DNA of 64,000 bases from Eledone cirrhosa (GCA_964016885.1 OZ024741.1:277326001-277390000), one strand, 5' to 3'; numbered from the stretch's first letter, positions 13,730 to 28,331 are shown. The notes: generated by a model from the letters alone, not told the origin. Made by a program: numbers and translations.

Positions 13730-14142
13730 GAAGAGCAAGGAGAAAAGAGGAGCAAGGAGAGCAATGAGAGCAAGGAGAGCAAGGAGAAAAAGAGAACAAG
13801 GAGAAAAAGAGAGCAAGGAGAACAGGAGAGCAAGGAGAAAGGGAGAGCAAGTAGAGCAAGGAGAGCAATGAGAGCAAGGAGAAATGGAGAGCAAGGAGAG
13901 CAAAGAGGAATGGAGAGCAATGAGAAAAGGAGAGCAAGGAGAGCAAGGAGAGCAAGGAGAAAAGGGGAGCAAGGAGAAAAGGAAAGCAAGGAGAAAGGGA
14001 GAGCAAGGGGAGCAATGAGAATAGGAGAGCAATGAGAGCAAGGAGGGCAAGGAGGGCAAGGAGAAAAGGAGAACAAGGAGAAAAAGAGAGCAAGGAGAGC
14101 AAGGAGAAAAGGAGAGCAAGGAGAAAAAGAGAGCAAGGAGAG
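13730..14142. repeat. Purine-rich (AGAGCAAGG)n-derived satellite
   Basis: Seen directly in sequence. Confidence 0.9.
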
Positions 14143-14144
14143 GT

Positions 14145-15005
14145 TAAGGCAAATATTGCTCAAGTTATGCAGGAAGCAGACAAAGGTGAAGCGGTGGAAG
14201 AAAAAAAATCAATTGAAAAGGTACATTCTGCACCAAAATGACTTTTCTTCCTTTACAAACATCGAGTTTTCGTCTTTTGTAACTCCTGGTACAAAAACTT
14301 TCTTCATGAGATTTTCTATCAGCACCGATTTCCCTGACCAAGACCCTTCAACATGGAGGGATGATCCTGGTTACAAAAGTGGACTTGAAAAACTTAAGAA
14401 GACAGCTGTGAATGATGTTGCAGAAGGAGGTGCCAAACTAATTCAGGATTACAATAACATTCTCACAAAAGATGAAACTGAGAAACAATTTGTTTTACAG
14501 ATCGTTACCGAAAACCATAAAACACCCAACTGCCACTAAATCCTCTCTTATGCAAAAATAATGTTCAATACTCAGTGTTCAGTGTTCACATTATGTTTTT
14601 GATTCTATAGAAATAATTGTTGTAAATAAAAATGCGTTTCTCTTATAGAAGTTGTGTGCTTTATTAAAAAAAAACCTAATATTTCTTCCGTTTTTCATGT
14701 TATTTCAGGAATTCTTCATATTAACTATTGCTAAATTTGATTCAGAACGTTTTTAAACATTTGCTGGGGTTGCCTGGATGTGTCCATATAAATTTCTCTG
14801 AGAAAAAAAAAAGAAAATGGTCGAGATGGGGAACAGTATACCGCTTTTGAACAGAAAAAATCATTGCATATACTATGTTCCTGAGGGTTGCCTAACAGTT
14901 GTCCGATTGAGCTGAAATTTTGCACACATCGTTCTTTTGTTGATTTGAACAGGATTAGGAGGTGGGAAGATTTCGGAAAATTACCTATTGTTAAGGGTCA
15001 CCCTA
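14145..15005 (+). mobile_element. hATm-like DNA transposon 3' part with transposase remnant
   Basis: ORF 14156-14539 has AVNDVAEGGAKLIQDYNNILTKDETEKQFVLQIV, matching the NDxAERGVKL C-terminal motif; right TIR TAAGGGTCACCCTA. Confidence 0.75.
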
Positions 15006-15029
15006 ATATATATATATTATATATAATAT

Positions 15030-15068
<39 letters not shown>

Positions 15069-15516
15069 ACACCAACAATATAAGACCCAGAGACACGCAC
15101 GTGTACACACACACACACACACAAACTGAAGCAATAACGCACACGTATCAATTTCATTCATAACACATGGATCCTTAACTTTGGCCCGCACTCTCGAATG
15201 CCGGGCCACTCGCCTACCCTCACCAACCTAACAATGCTTTCCAAACTTTCTTGTAACAAACTTTTCTAAATTTTCATGTACCAGCCTGTTCTCTCCCTAT
15301 CCGAACACTCCATTTCCTGACGTAGAACCCTTCTCCACTTCTTCCCAAGCGTGATCCTAGTTTATATATTTTGCATCCCTGAGCTTATTTTGTTTTATTT
15401 GTTCAACTATATATATGTATATAGTTGAACAAACGACGTAGTCGGGGACTATAGAAGCAGTTTAGGTATGATATATCTTATTACTAATTATATCTAATGT
15501 TTCTTCTCTCTTCATA

Positions 15517-15570
<54 letters not shown>

Positions 15571-15789
15571 TTCGTTTCTGAATTTGTTTGGCAAGATTCT
15601 TTATCTGAAATCGTGTGTTGAAACCGATATTGTTATACTTTGGGAGGGTCATGTTGCCAATAAGAAACACACGCTCCAGTTGCTTTCACTTCAATTTATT
15701 ATATATTTATAAATTTACAAGTTTATAAATTTATAAATTTCTGGTTGGTTGGTTGGTTCCACAACCAGATAGTTGTTTATATATAGTCA

Positions 15790-16360
15790 TAGTCCTTTCG
15801 TCACACACTCTGTGACCTCTTCAGGGACTGGGGATTCCTTTCTTTGTTTCTGTGCCTCTCCTTTGTTCTGTCCTACGCCATTTTGTTTCTGTGTGTGTGT
15901 TGTGTGCTCAGTCTGCGCATGCGCCACATCCGGGTGTATGTGTGTGTTTATGTTCATTTATCTATTTGTTTATTTACTTACTTATTTACATGTTACTGGT
16001 TGGCTGCCTGTTCCACGTGTGTGTGTGTTCTCATCCCGTCCCCAATTGTAAGCTGTGATGTTGCCGCACCTTCTATTCAACCTTGGTTGCAATTCTTTCA
16101 TGCCTATTGCCTCCGCAATTTGTCCAAACATTGCATCTCCTCCGTGCGCAGATTCTATCTCCATTCCCATTCTCTCCAACCCACCCTTGCGTTCCATCTT
16201 AGCATGCTGGCAGAGCACAGACGACTCCTCACTATCTCGAAGGTCTCGCCAGTGTTCATTTATCCGTTCCCCTATACTACGAGCTGTCTCACCCACGTAC
16301 ACTACACTTTTGTCTCTACATTGTCCCTCAGCACATCCCACGCCATACACCACATCTCTA
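15790..16360 (-). mobile_element. Penelope-like element 3' end: GIY-YIG endonuclease remnant, 3' UTR and degenerate hammerhead
   Basis: ORF 15982-16353 VYGVGC..C..VYVGETARSIGERINEH; downstream CTGAAGA g gtcaca gagtg tgtgac GAAA at 15790-15830 lacks stem III. Confidence 0.8.
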
Positions 16361-16384
16361 GTCCCACAGCCAATATATATTATC

Positions 16385-17043
<659 letters not shown>

Positions 17044-17170
17044 AAAGTTATATTTAAATTGTTGGGTTACAACTAGTAAATATTTATAACTGATATAAAA
17101 GCACTCGACAAGTATTTGGAGTATATTTACGATATTAAATAAATGGAAACTATATTTATAAAACCATATT

Positions 17171-17236
17171 TATTTCATTATATATATTTCAGGGATATCA
17201 TATTAACAATATGCTATGCCTTCCTCAGACAAAATA
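17171..17236 (-). ncRNA. Minimal type I hammerhead ribozyme (mirror copy)
   Basis: Reverse complement of 17388-17453 within the palindrome. Confidence 0.8.
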
Positions 17237-17387
17237 CAATATAAACAGTTTTATAGATAAATAGATTTGACATACCGTACAACATCGACTTGTATTTGAA
17301 AAGTTGAACTGCCAATTCAACTTTTCAAATACAAGTCGATGTTGTACGGTATGTCAAATCTATTTATCTATAAAACTGTTTATATTG

Positions 17388-17453
17388 TATTTTGTCTGAG
17401 GAAGGCATAGCATATTGTTAATATGATATCCCTGAAATATATATAATGAAATA
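17388..17453 (+). ncRNA. Minimal type I hammerhead ribozyme
   Basis: tattttgt CTGAGGA aggcatagcatatt gtt aatatgatatccct GAAA tatata TA atgaaata. Confidence 0.8.
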
Positions 17454-17493
17454 AATATGGTTTTATAAATATAGTTTCCATTTATTTAATATC

Positions 17494-17548
<55 letters not shown>

Positions 17549-17832
17549 TACACACATCTACGTATCTACATCTGCATACACACACCTAATATTACAGATT
17601 CATACATCTCTGCATAGGCGCACACATATTTGTACCTACACGCAAGCCAAAGCATATATACATATATAGAGAGATATACATACACAACCTCATATATACG
17701 CACAACCATTCATGTAGACGTGTGTCGACATTCTCAGGGATAGTCATCTAGCTATACGTCAGTTCATGTTTATGTCTCTAACAATGTATAGATATCATGT
17801 CTATGTTATGACCAACAATACACATTATTAGA

Positions 17833-18018
17833 GTGGATTGGCAGTATCGGTAGAGCATCGGACGCCATGCTTTGACGCATAGAGTTACGGCCCTTGCCAT
17901 TCTGAGTTCAAATCCCGCCGAGGTTAACTTTGCCTTTCATCGTTACGGGGTCGATAAAATAAAGTACCAGTAATACACTGGGTAATTGTGGCCTTGTGCC
18001 AAAAGTAGAAACAATTAT
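17833..18018 (+). mobile_element. SINE family A
   Basis: A/B boxes and central domain present. Confidence 0.9.
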
Positions 18019-18105
18019 TAGAATCAACAGGAAGGGCGGCGAGGATTATCGCTAGTGCGATTATTTAAGTACCGTAAGATAATAAGTCAGGGATACATAA
18101 TTAGC

Positions 18106-18136
<31 letters not shown>

Positions 18137-18177
18137 CGAAACATAAGTCAATTGCATGAACTCATAATCCTTTATTT

Positions 18178-18233
18178 ACTGCTATATATATTTCGATGGT
18201 AGCCATTGAATGGCTATGACCTCATCAGGCAGT
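18178..18233 (-). ncRNA. Minimal type I hammerhead ribozyme
   Basis: actgc CTGATGA ggt ca tagccat tca atggcta cc atc GAAA tatata TA gcagt; AATAAA just downstream; cassette lies between TA tracts. Confidence 0.85.
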
Positions 18234-18291
18234 TAGTCAGTTCTTAGATATGCCAGCTATGTGTTTATAGTGTTGATGGTATCAGTGCCTT

Positions 18292-18345
<54 letters not shown>

Positions 18346-18346
<1 letters not shown>

Positions 18347-18533
18347 CTGTTTCTACTTTAGGCACAAGACCAGCAATTACCCAGTGCATTACTGGTACTT
18401 TATTTTATCGACCCCGTAAGGATGAAAGGCAAAGTCAACCTCGGCGGGATTTGAACTGAGATCGTAAAGGGACGTAACTATGCTGGAAAGCATGGCGTCC
18501 GACCCTCTACCGATACTGCCAATCCACCGCCCT
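18346..18533 (-). mobile_element. SINE family A
   Basis: Full-length copy. Confidence 0.9.
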
Positions 18534-18547
18534 TATATATATATATA

Positions 18548-18744
18548 TAACGAAGGAAATGTGGTAAGGAACCAGATGGACCATAACGCACCAAAGTACT
18601 CAATACTTAGGGTAGTAGAGTGGGTAATAGGAACGAGTAGGACCCCGACGGCTGAGCTCAAGCCTTTTCCACGGCTAATTCTGGACTCAGTCCAGAATTA
18701 GCCGTCGAAACGGCTTGAGCTCAGCCGTCGGGGTCCTACTCGTT

Positions 18745-18836
<92 letters not shown>

Positions 18837-18960
18837 AAAAGAGTCAGGACATCGACGGCTGAGCTCCGGCCGTTTCGACAGCTAGATCTGAACCATTTGT
18901 ATCGAGTACTCTGGTGTGTTATGGTCCACCTGGTTCCTTACCACACTTCCTTCGTTCGTT
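18548..18960. mobile_element. Two fold-back mini-elements carrying the 3' half of a hammerhead
   Basis: Palindrome 18627-18749 with GAAA cggct tgagctc agccg TC; shared tail aacgaaggaaatgtggtaaggaacc; relatives at 11830, 25167, 48820 and 49655. Confidence 0.7.
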
Positions 18961-18985
18961 ATATATATGTATATATATATATATA

Positions 18986-19538
<553 letters not shown>

Positions 19539-20402
19539 AGATAAATCTACCAAAATATACGGTAGTGTCCAATCCGTATGAAGAACTCAATGTAATCCAA
19601 ATATCATGAAAAGAGAAGATGCATTCAAAAATTTCGATGAAAATCACAGGAAAACAGAGTCAAGATAAATTAATAAAAACAATGAATAAAAACAAAGAAC
19701 AAGTTCCTTATATTAAAAAATTCATCATTTTACGATTGTTTCTAGGATATATATGTGTGTTGGTATGTATATCATATAGATCTATGTAAAAATATTACAA
19801 ACTAGCAGAAGAAATATACATACATTCACATATATATGCTGTCTTCAGCATATATATATATATATAATAGAATTAGAATTTAGCCTCGAACATAGTTGTA
19901 TACAAATGTGTATTTGAATTTCGTATTTCTAAAGAAATACGGTATGTTTATAAATAAACATTTAGAAAGCCATAGCTATGAATAACACTGGCAGCCAACG
20001 CCACCAAGTGGTGTTCAGCAGAAGCAATGGGAGGGGCAATTGTCGATGTATTTCGAACTCTGTGTATGTGTATGTGCATGAAAAATAAAAAATGAGATAT
20101 GTATATGTATATGTATATATGGATGTGTTTATATATGTATATATATAAATATAACAATAAATTAACGGAACCATAGACTCTCGCCATTCCCTGTCAGTAA
20201 TGTGCTCAAAGGAGAAGGAACCCGAGCTCTTTATAATACAATATGTAGAAAAGATAACACACTAGAGAGAGAGTGCGCCATCAGTCAAATAGGGAAAAAA
20301 CCACCAGTGTATGGGATCTATAGCCCATGGAAGGCAGAGTAGACACACAATAATTAAAAGTATAAATTAAAGTGTAAATACATACCACGATAACTATCTA
20401 AC

Positions 20403-20485
20403 ACACACGTACAAATCCAAAGAGATCTGTTTCGCCAAATAAGTTGTTGACAGAAAGGATTAGCCCATGGTTCATCAGCGTGTGT
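20403..20485 (-). ncRNA. Type I hammerhead ribozyme with long stem II
   Basis: acacacg CTGATGA a cca..tgg c GAAA cagatct cttt ggatttg TA cgtgtgt; 7-bp stem I; 25-bp inverted repeat (20486-20510 and 20540-20564) just upstream. Confidence 0.8.
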
Positions 20486-21266
20486 AAGGCTATACATTTC
20501 AGACAACTCTAAGAGAATCTAAAGCGACCGTCCAGCCACAGAGTTGTCTGAAATGTATAGCCTTGATGATATCTCTATGTGTATGTGTGTATATATAAGT
20601 GTATCTACGTACTCATGTAGGTTATCTATGTATATGTCTATGTATATATATATATGGGTATATGTGAGTATATATATCTATATGGGTGTGTACAAGTATA
20701 TAATGGTGCTACATGTACAAATATGGGTTATTTGTGGCTATATGTACTTAGTAAAATAAACTGGTAAATATATGTAATCTGAAATAAATTCTGGTAACCT
20801 CTAGATACTTTTACTGTTCAATAATTCTTGTACTTCTAACCTTCCATAACCTTAAGGATAAACCTTGTTTACATTTTTCGACGCTTCAAGGATGACGGCG
20901 TACGCACGTGGTCAGTAAATTAATACCTTTTCTATGTTATATATAATTGATTCAGATGATTTCTCTACAATGGTATTGAAAACAACATCCTTTGGAGAAG
21001 AATGAAACATATGTAAATCAAATAAATAATGTTTTGTTTGTTAAACCTTGGTGATCTATTATTTGCGTTATATATGCTCTGTGATTTGCAAATCTACGAT
21101 GACCAGAAGTATGATGATTGGATTTGTCCCTGAACTGCCTTTCGCCAATCTGGATATTGAGAAAACCACATCAGAGCATTAAATATCTGAATGCCTTATA
21201 TGTATCATCATCCGTATTGTATCATCATCTCATATGATTTACCTTATATATATATATATATATAAG

Positions 21267-21305
<39 letters not shown>

Positions 21306-22340
21306 TACAAATGGAAGCTTAGTAAAATCGAAGCTTCAGCTCTAGCCAATCCAACGAGATACAATCAGGAATTATGCAGCCAAGCACTCCATGAGAAATC
21401 TCAGAGTAATAACATTCGTTAGACGGCATGACAAATTGAAAACTGTGGCAGGCAAGCCTAGCTACGACACCGAAGCAACGAAAAAACCAACAGGTTAATA
21501 AATAAACCTGTTCTTGGTGTTTGAAGACCGAACCGAGGATTCATGTTATCAACAGGTTTCCGTTCTGTGCCAAGACCCGGTGTGGTAGTATGAAGTAGTA
21601 AGCCACTGTTGTTAGCAGCGGTTAATGCTTCAACTATGTGTAAATCGAAGTACTATTTGATTTGTTTGAGGAAAAGCATTCAATGCATAAAGTTTGAGGC
21701 AAAGCACTCAATGCATAAAGTTAAAAACATTAGATCCAGAGTAAACACAACAGTTATAAAGTACGACACCAAGAAAACCGAAGGCACTAGCCATACATAT
21801 AGATTATATATACATATCATAATATATTATGTTGACATTGCAACATGATACGGTAAATAACAGATTAGATACAACTGCCACAAATGTAGGTTCTGTCTAC
21901 CGAAAAATATTAAATAAAAAACTATATGAGAGTATTGAAGTTTGCTTGAAGCATAAAAAACTATATGAAATAAGATTCAATTGACTTACTGGGCCTAACA
22001 AAATGCAGAATATAAGCCGCTTTTCCTTAGTCAGACAATAAGTATTATACACAATATCCTTAGGACGTTAATTATGTCGCCATTTTCTTAAGTAAATCGT
22101 CTTTGAAATGTCGTCCGAAGATCGCCATTTTGGGTTGTAAAAACATAATGGTCAACTTTAATATACTTACATGCACAATAACATACATATTTATACGTAT
22201 ATATATATGCATGCACATAGGCACATATATATATATATTTATATATATGTATATATATATATATATTTCAAGAAATATATATATATTTCAGAGAATATCC
22301 AACCGATAAGGTATGATTTTCATGGGTATGTCTCTATATA

Positions 22341-22387
<47 letters not shown>

Positions 22388-22388
22388 T

Positions 22389-22427
<39 letters not shown>

Positions 22428-22455
22428 TAGATAAAAATATATACATACATGAATG

Positions 22456-22520
<65 letters not shown>

Positions 22521-22586
22521 GAAAAGTATAGAAAATATTGTAGCAAGAAGCCAACAGTATTCCATAATATATAAGTGACTATAGCG

Positions 22587-22649
<63 letters not shown>

Positions 22650-22945
22650 TGTGTGTGTGTGTGTGTGTGCGAGAGGGTGTGTATATATATATAAACATAA
22701 TAATTCTTTAATTAGCAATACGAATGCACGTTTTTGTCGTTGTTGCTAAATTGGTAAAAGTTTTGCTTTGTGTTTCCGTCGTTGTTATAGTTGTTGTTGT
22801 TGTCGTCATAGTTGTTGCTGATATGGTTGTTGTTGTTGTTGTTTGCTGTATTTCCTTTTTCCTTTTTTTTTTTTTTTTAAAGAGGAGGTGGAAGTAGTTC
22901 TTAGCCATTGACTGAATATGTTTGGACAAGTAGAAAGAAATCTTA

Positions 22946-22959
22946 GTTTCCATGGCAAC
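22946..22959. promoter_or_regulatory. Candidate RFX X-box
   Basis: GTTTCCATGGCAAC matches GTHNYY-AT-RRNAAC; it sits in an island with no recognised repeat; reverse CCAAT near 23028. Confidence 0.3.
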
Positions 22960-23103
22960 TGTAAAGTACATCGTCTTTCTATTTGTCCATGGAGTTATTA
23001 AATACTACGAGTAGAACTTTGTCGTTCTATTGGATTAGCAGAAGCACTAACAGCAGCAGCAGCAGAACGGATTTAATGTTATTCCTTATTACACACATAC
23101 AGA

Positions 23104-23147
<44 letters not shown>

Positions 23148-23280
23148 CATATATATGTATGTATGTATATGCAAAAAGTTAACGAAAACAACATATATAT
23201 GTATGTATATGCAAAAAGTAAACGAAAACAACAAAGCAAACAACACAGTATAATGAAGAAACGTTTGATATAGTAGGTGA

Positions 23281-23330
<50 letters not shown>

Positions 23331-23485
23331 AACAAGGGGAGAAGAATACTGCATGGTTGCACATGGATTACATATATATATATAGAAATAATAATAAATT
23401 TGAAGACTAAAATCCAAAGAGGGCTCGATAAGGATAAATATATATCAAATATATATATTTGCTTAAACTTTAATCTGTTATTTTA

Positions 23486-23618
<133 letters not shown>

Positions 23619-23686
23619 CACATATATATATACACATATATATATATATGTATATATATGTATGTGTGTGTGTGTGTGTGGTATGC

Positions 23687-23732
<46 letters not shown>

Positions 23733-23949
23733 AACTGTTTCTACTTTTGGCACAAGGCCAGCAATTACTCAGTGCATTACTGGTACTTTATTTTATCGAC
23801 CCCGTAAGGATGAAATATAGGTAACAAAACAGAGGGGTAAGAGGGCTGTCAGACAAACGGACAGACTGACAGACATGTGGGAAGGTACTCTAAGATTGAG
23901 ATCATCCATTGAATAAGAAGTCTATAAGCTACTTGAGCCGATCTTACGC

Positions 23950-24535
23950 ACTACCACCACTACCACTACTACCACCACTAACACTACCTTCACCACTACT
24001 ACCACCTCTACCACCACTACCACTACTAACACTACCACCACCACTTCCACTACTACCACCACTAACACTACCTTCACCACTACTACCACCTCTATAACCA
24101 CTACCACCACCACTTCCACTACTACCACTACTACCATCACTAACACTACCACCTCCACTACCACTACTACCACCACTAACACTACTACCACCACTACCAC
24201 TACTATCCCCACTACCACTACCAACACCACTACTACCACCACTAACCCTATTACCACCACTACAACAACTACCCCCACTACCACTACTACCACCACTACC
24301 ACTACCATCACTACCACAACTACCACTACTACCACCACTACCACTACTACCACCACTACCATCACTACCACACCACGGTCATCAGCATTACCACCTCCAC
24401 CACCATGATCAATACCACCACTAACATCATTACTATCACCCCCACCAGAATCTCTACCACCAAAGCCGCCACCACCATTCCGAAAATCAATACAACCAGC
24501 AATACAAATAACACTACTGTCATCATTATTACCAC
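23950..24535. repeat. (CCA/CTA)n degenerate trinucleotide array
   Basis: Seen directly in sequence. Confidence 0.9.
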
Positions 24536-24712
24536 TGGCAGTATTGGTAGAGGGTCGGACGCCATGCTTTGACGCATAGAGTTACGGCCCTTGCCATTCT
24601 GAGTTCAAATCCCGCCGAGGTTAACTTTGCCTTTCATCCTTACGGGTCGATAAATAAAGTACCAGTAATGTACTGGGTAATTGCTGGCCTTGTGCCTAAC
24701 GTAGAAACAGTT
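24535..24712 (+). mobile_element. SINE family A
   Basis: A/B boxes and central domain present. Confidence 0.9.
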
Positions 24713-25123
24713 ATTACCACCTCCATTACCACCACTACTACTATTTCTACTGCCACTTATATAATACCACCAACACCAACATCATCATCATCACCAGTAC
24801 CATGAACATCATCATCATCACCATCATCATGAGGAACTACCACCACAACCACTTCCACAATCACCACCATGACCACTATACCCACCACCACCACATCTAC
24901 TACCACCACTACCACCACTACCACCACCGTATATGGTCATGTTAATAGTGATGATGTTGAAGTTGATGTTGACATTGCTCACGGTGGAATTATATAAGTG
25001 ACAATAGGGAAGCAATACATTCACACACATAGCACGTATAGATACATATATATAAATAACATATATAGGTATATATAACATATATATATAAATATATATA
25101 AAACATATATAGATGTATACAAC

Positions 25124-25167
<44 letters not shown>

Positions 25168-25263
25168 CGAAGGAAATGTGGTAAGGAACCAGGTGGACCA
25201 TAACGCACGAAAGTACTCAATACTTGAGGTAGTAGAGTGGGTAATAGGAACCAGTAACTGGTT

Positions 25264-25297
<34 letters not shown>

Positions 25298-25304
<7 letters not shown>

Positions 25305-26085
25305 GTGAGTTTTTTTTTAACAAAATGAAAAATAACCGAGGTGTCCTACACGAGTGAAAGTATAGGGGAAAAAAGCCTTCGTGAGCCCCCACCCCCTTTT
25401 TTTAAGTAAAAAGAAATTCAAACACACACACACACAAGCACACAAATAAACATACATATCTTTACTTTCTTTATTCAATAGAAAATCTGAATTCTGACAC
25501 CCCAGCGAACTAACCATATTCACTGAACCAGAACAATTCTCCCATCCCATTTCTCTTGACCATTATCTTTTACTTGTCTTAAAATTCTCTAAAAAGGCTA
25601 CAGAATAGATTTCCAAATAAGGGCGCGAAAATTTAATGAAAACTTGTTCACGTGACAGCCATAATTTCATTTATAACCAATCAAATTACGTTTATTTAAA
25701 AAAAGCCTTCGTGAGCCCCCCCCCCCCCCTCCTTTTTTTTAAGTGAAAAGAAATTCAAACACTCATATATGAAAAAAACAACCTGTGACACCCCCCGCCC
25801 CCTTGTTTGAAGAACTTTGTAACGCGAACTGGCGCGAAATTTATTATAATTATTGACTAACCAATCAAATTACTTCTCGAAAAACCTGGCATTTCGAGCC
25901 ACTTTTTCCATATAAAACAAGTAACATTCAGAGACCAACTAGATGTGAGAAAAACCACAGACCCTCCATCTCAATTCTACTTTTGAAAAGCAGAAGAACT
26001 GCGAAACCGGTAAAGGAACCAAATAAATATATATATTTTTAAAAAAATAAGACTCCAGTTGCATTTTCGATTTCATCTTTTTTTC
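25298..26085 (+). mobile_element. Non-autonomous TIR DNA transposon inserted in TA (right TIR lost)
   Basis: Left ~65 bp TTAGAAAGTGAG..CCTACACGAGTGAAAGTAT is the reverse complement of the end of the copy at 49329-49540, which also shares 25942-26085. Confidence 0.7.
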
Positions 26086-26116
<31 letters not shown>

Positions 26117-26136
26117 TATATATATATATATATGTG

Positions 26137-26217
<81 letters not shown>

Positions 26218-26269
26218 TATATATATAACACATATATATAACACACACAAAAGATAACGATATCGCGAA

Positions 26270-26735
26270 GAGCACTGGTAAACCTCTCTAATAATTTTTT
26301 AGGTTAGCCAGCACGCTCGCAGAGTTACCTCGGGTGATGGCGAGGTTAAGGTGCTGGAACAACCAAGCGCCCCCACGAGCATCACCAGTTATCTCAGTGA
26401 GGCGAGCCGCCAGTGAAGATAAGAATCTCGCTGTCAGTAGCCCGACTCCCTCAAATGTCTCGAACGCCACAGGCTCGAAAATGTAGCTAGCCGACAGATC
26501 ACGGTATTTTAGGATTTTGTTCCGTTCAGCAGCGGATGCTGTAGCTTTCGCCCTTTCCGTTGCCTCCAAGATGTGGGAAGAAGCAATAGAGTCACTACCT
26601 GTGGCGTCCCAGATAAGGCACCTGCCTCTTGACCAGGGGTACAGGATAAGACCGTCAGGTCTTTTCCCATCAATTCTGGACAACCCAGTCGGTTCTAAAG
26701 TTGAGGGGATGTTTTCCCAGGCCAACGCTCTTAAA
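26270..26735 (-). mobile_element. CRE-clade non-LTR retrotransposon 3' end (restriction-like endonuclease)
   Basis: ORF 26288-26770 LEPTGLSRIDGKRPDGLILYPWSRGRCLIWDAT..AAERNKILKY..FEPVAFET..AITRGNSASV. Confidence 0.85.
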
Positions 26736-26929
26736 TGGTAATAGGACAGTGTGTATATGTGTGCGCGCATGAGTTTGTCAGCGTTCTTAAGTTAGAGACG
26801 CATGTGTGTCGGCTTTCTTAAGTTAGAGACGCGTGTGTGTCACCGTTTTTAAGTTAGAGACATATATATGAGTGTATCCCCTTCCTTCTTTTACACACAG
26901 ATGCATTTACACAAACACACATACACACA

Positions 26930-27570
26930 TTGAATGGAGTTCTACTGAAGCAGGTAGAGAAGTTCAAGTATCTCGGGGGCGTGTTCACGAGTGATATAAG
27001 GCAGGAGGCTGAATTAAGTGCAAGAATTGCAAAAGCTGATGCAGTAATGCGCAAGATTCAGCATTCAGTAATCAGAAGAAGGGAGGTAGGTGTAAAAGCC
27101 AAACGCAGTCTTCCTGGCATTCCTGCCAACTCTTACCGAGGGTCATGAAACTTGGGTTATGACCGAAAGAATACAATTGCAAATACAAGCGGCAGAAATG
27201 GGGATCTTCCGAAGAGTCTTTGGAGTAACGTTACTCGATAAAGTGCATAGTTCGGAGACCAGAGAGTCACTCCTGGTAGAGCCGCTACTTCTCCGAATTG
27301 AGAGATCACAGCTCCGATACTATGTTGTTAGAATGTCTCAGGAAAGAATCGCTGAACAGATTTTACAGGCAAAACCTACCGGCAAGAGACCCAGAGGTAG
27401 ACCCTGAGCAAGATAGTTGGATAACATCCATGAGCTTGGCTGGTCATGCTTTGGGATCTAGCTGGATCAGTTAGAGATGTTTACTACTGACAGACTCGCT
27501 GGAAGGAGTGTTTCAGAAGGACTCTGACCCCGATGACCCTCTCAGAAATAAGTGGGCGAAGGAGAAGATA
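26930..27570 (+). mobile_element. RTE-clade LINE 3' fragment
   Basis: LKQVEKFKYLGGVF..RIAKA; QAAEMGIFRRV..ERSQLRY..GKRPRGRP, frameshifted. Confidence 0.9.
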
Positions 27571-27611
27571 TTGTCAATTTACATATATCTATATATATGT
27601 ACCTATATATA

Positions 27612-27669
<58 letters not shown>

Positions 27670-27833
27670 TATATATAGGTACATATATATAGATATATGT
27701 AAATATATATATATATATATATACGTAAATATATATATTCAGGCTAGCTCACTAACAACATATGCTTTCTCTCCTATAAAATCTTTTCCCAGGTCTCCTT
27801 TTTTTTCTTCTCTCCCCCAAACATCATTTTTAC

Positions 27834-27868
<35 letters not shown>

Positions 27869-27944
27869 TTCTTTCTCTCTACCTCTCTCTCTCCCCTCTC
27901 TCTCTCTCTCTCCCTCTCTCTCCTCTCTTTCTTTCTTTCATCCC

Positions 27945-27985
27945 AACTCCTGATGAAGGACTACGTTCAAACTGTAGACACTTTT
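27945..27985 (+). ncRNA. Degenerate hammerhead motif in a PLE terminal-repeat remnant
   Basis: CTGATGA a ggac tac gttc AAA (G12 lost). Confidence 0.4.
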
Positions 27986-28105
27986 CCAACTATAACAAAC
28001 GTTAAACTAATATGACAACAATGCGTTGTTTTGTTGATTCCTTATTGACTTTCTGATACATATATATATATATATATTTTTACTTAATATATATTGACTT
28101 TCTGT

Positions 28106-28151
<46 letters not shown>

Positions 28152-28204
28152 CTTAATATATATTGACTTTCTGATACATATATATATATATATATTCTTA
28201 ATTA

Positions 28205-28331
<127 letters not shown>

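Larger units (their letters stand above)
17128..17496. repeat. Perfect palindrome (181-bp arms, 7-nt spacer) of a PLE terminal repeat
   Basis: Arms 17128-17308 and 17316-17496 are exact reverse complements by eye; the tail extends to 17041; both sides abut (TA)n. Confidence 0.9.
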
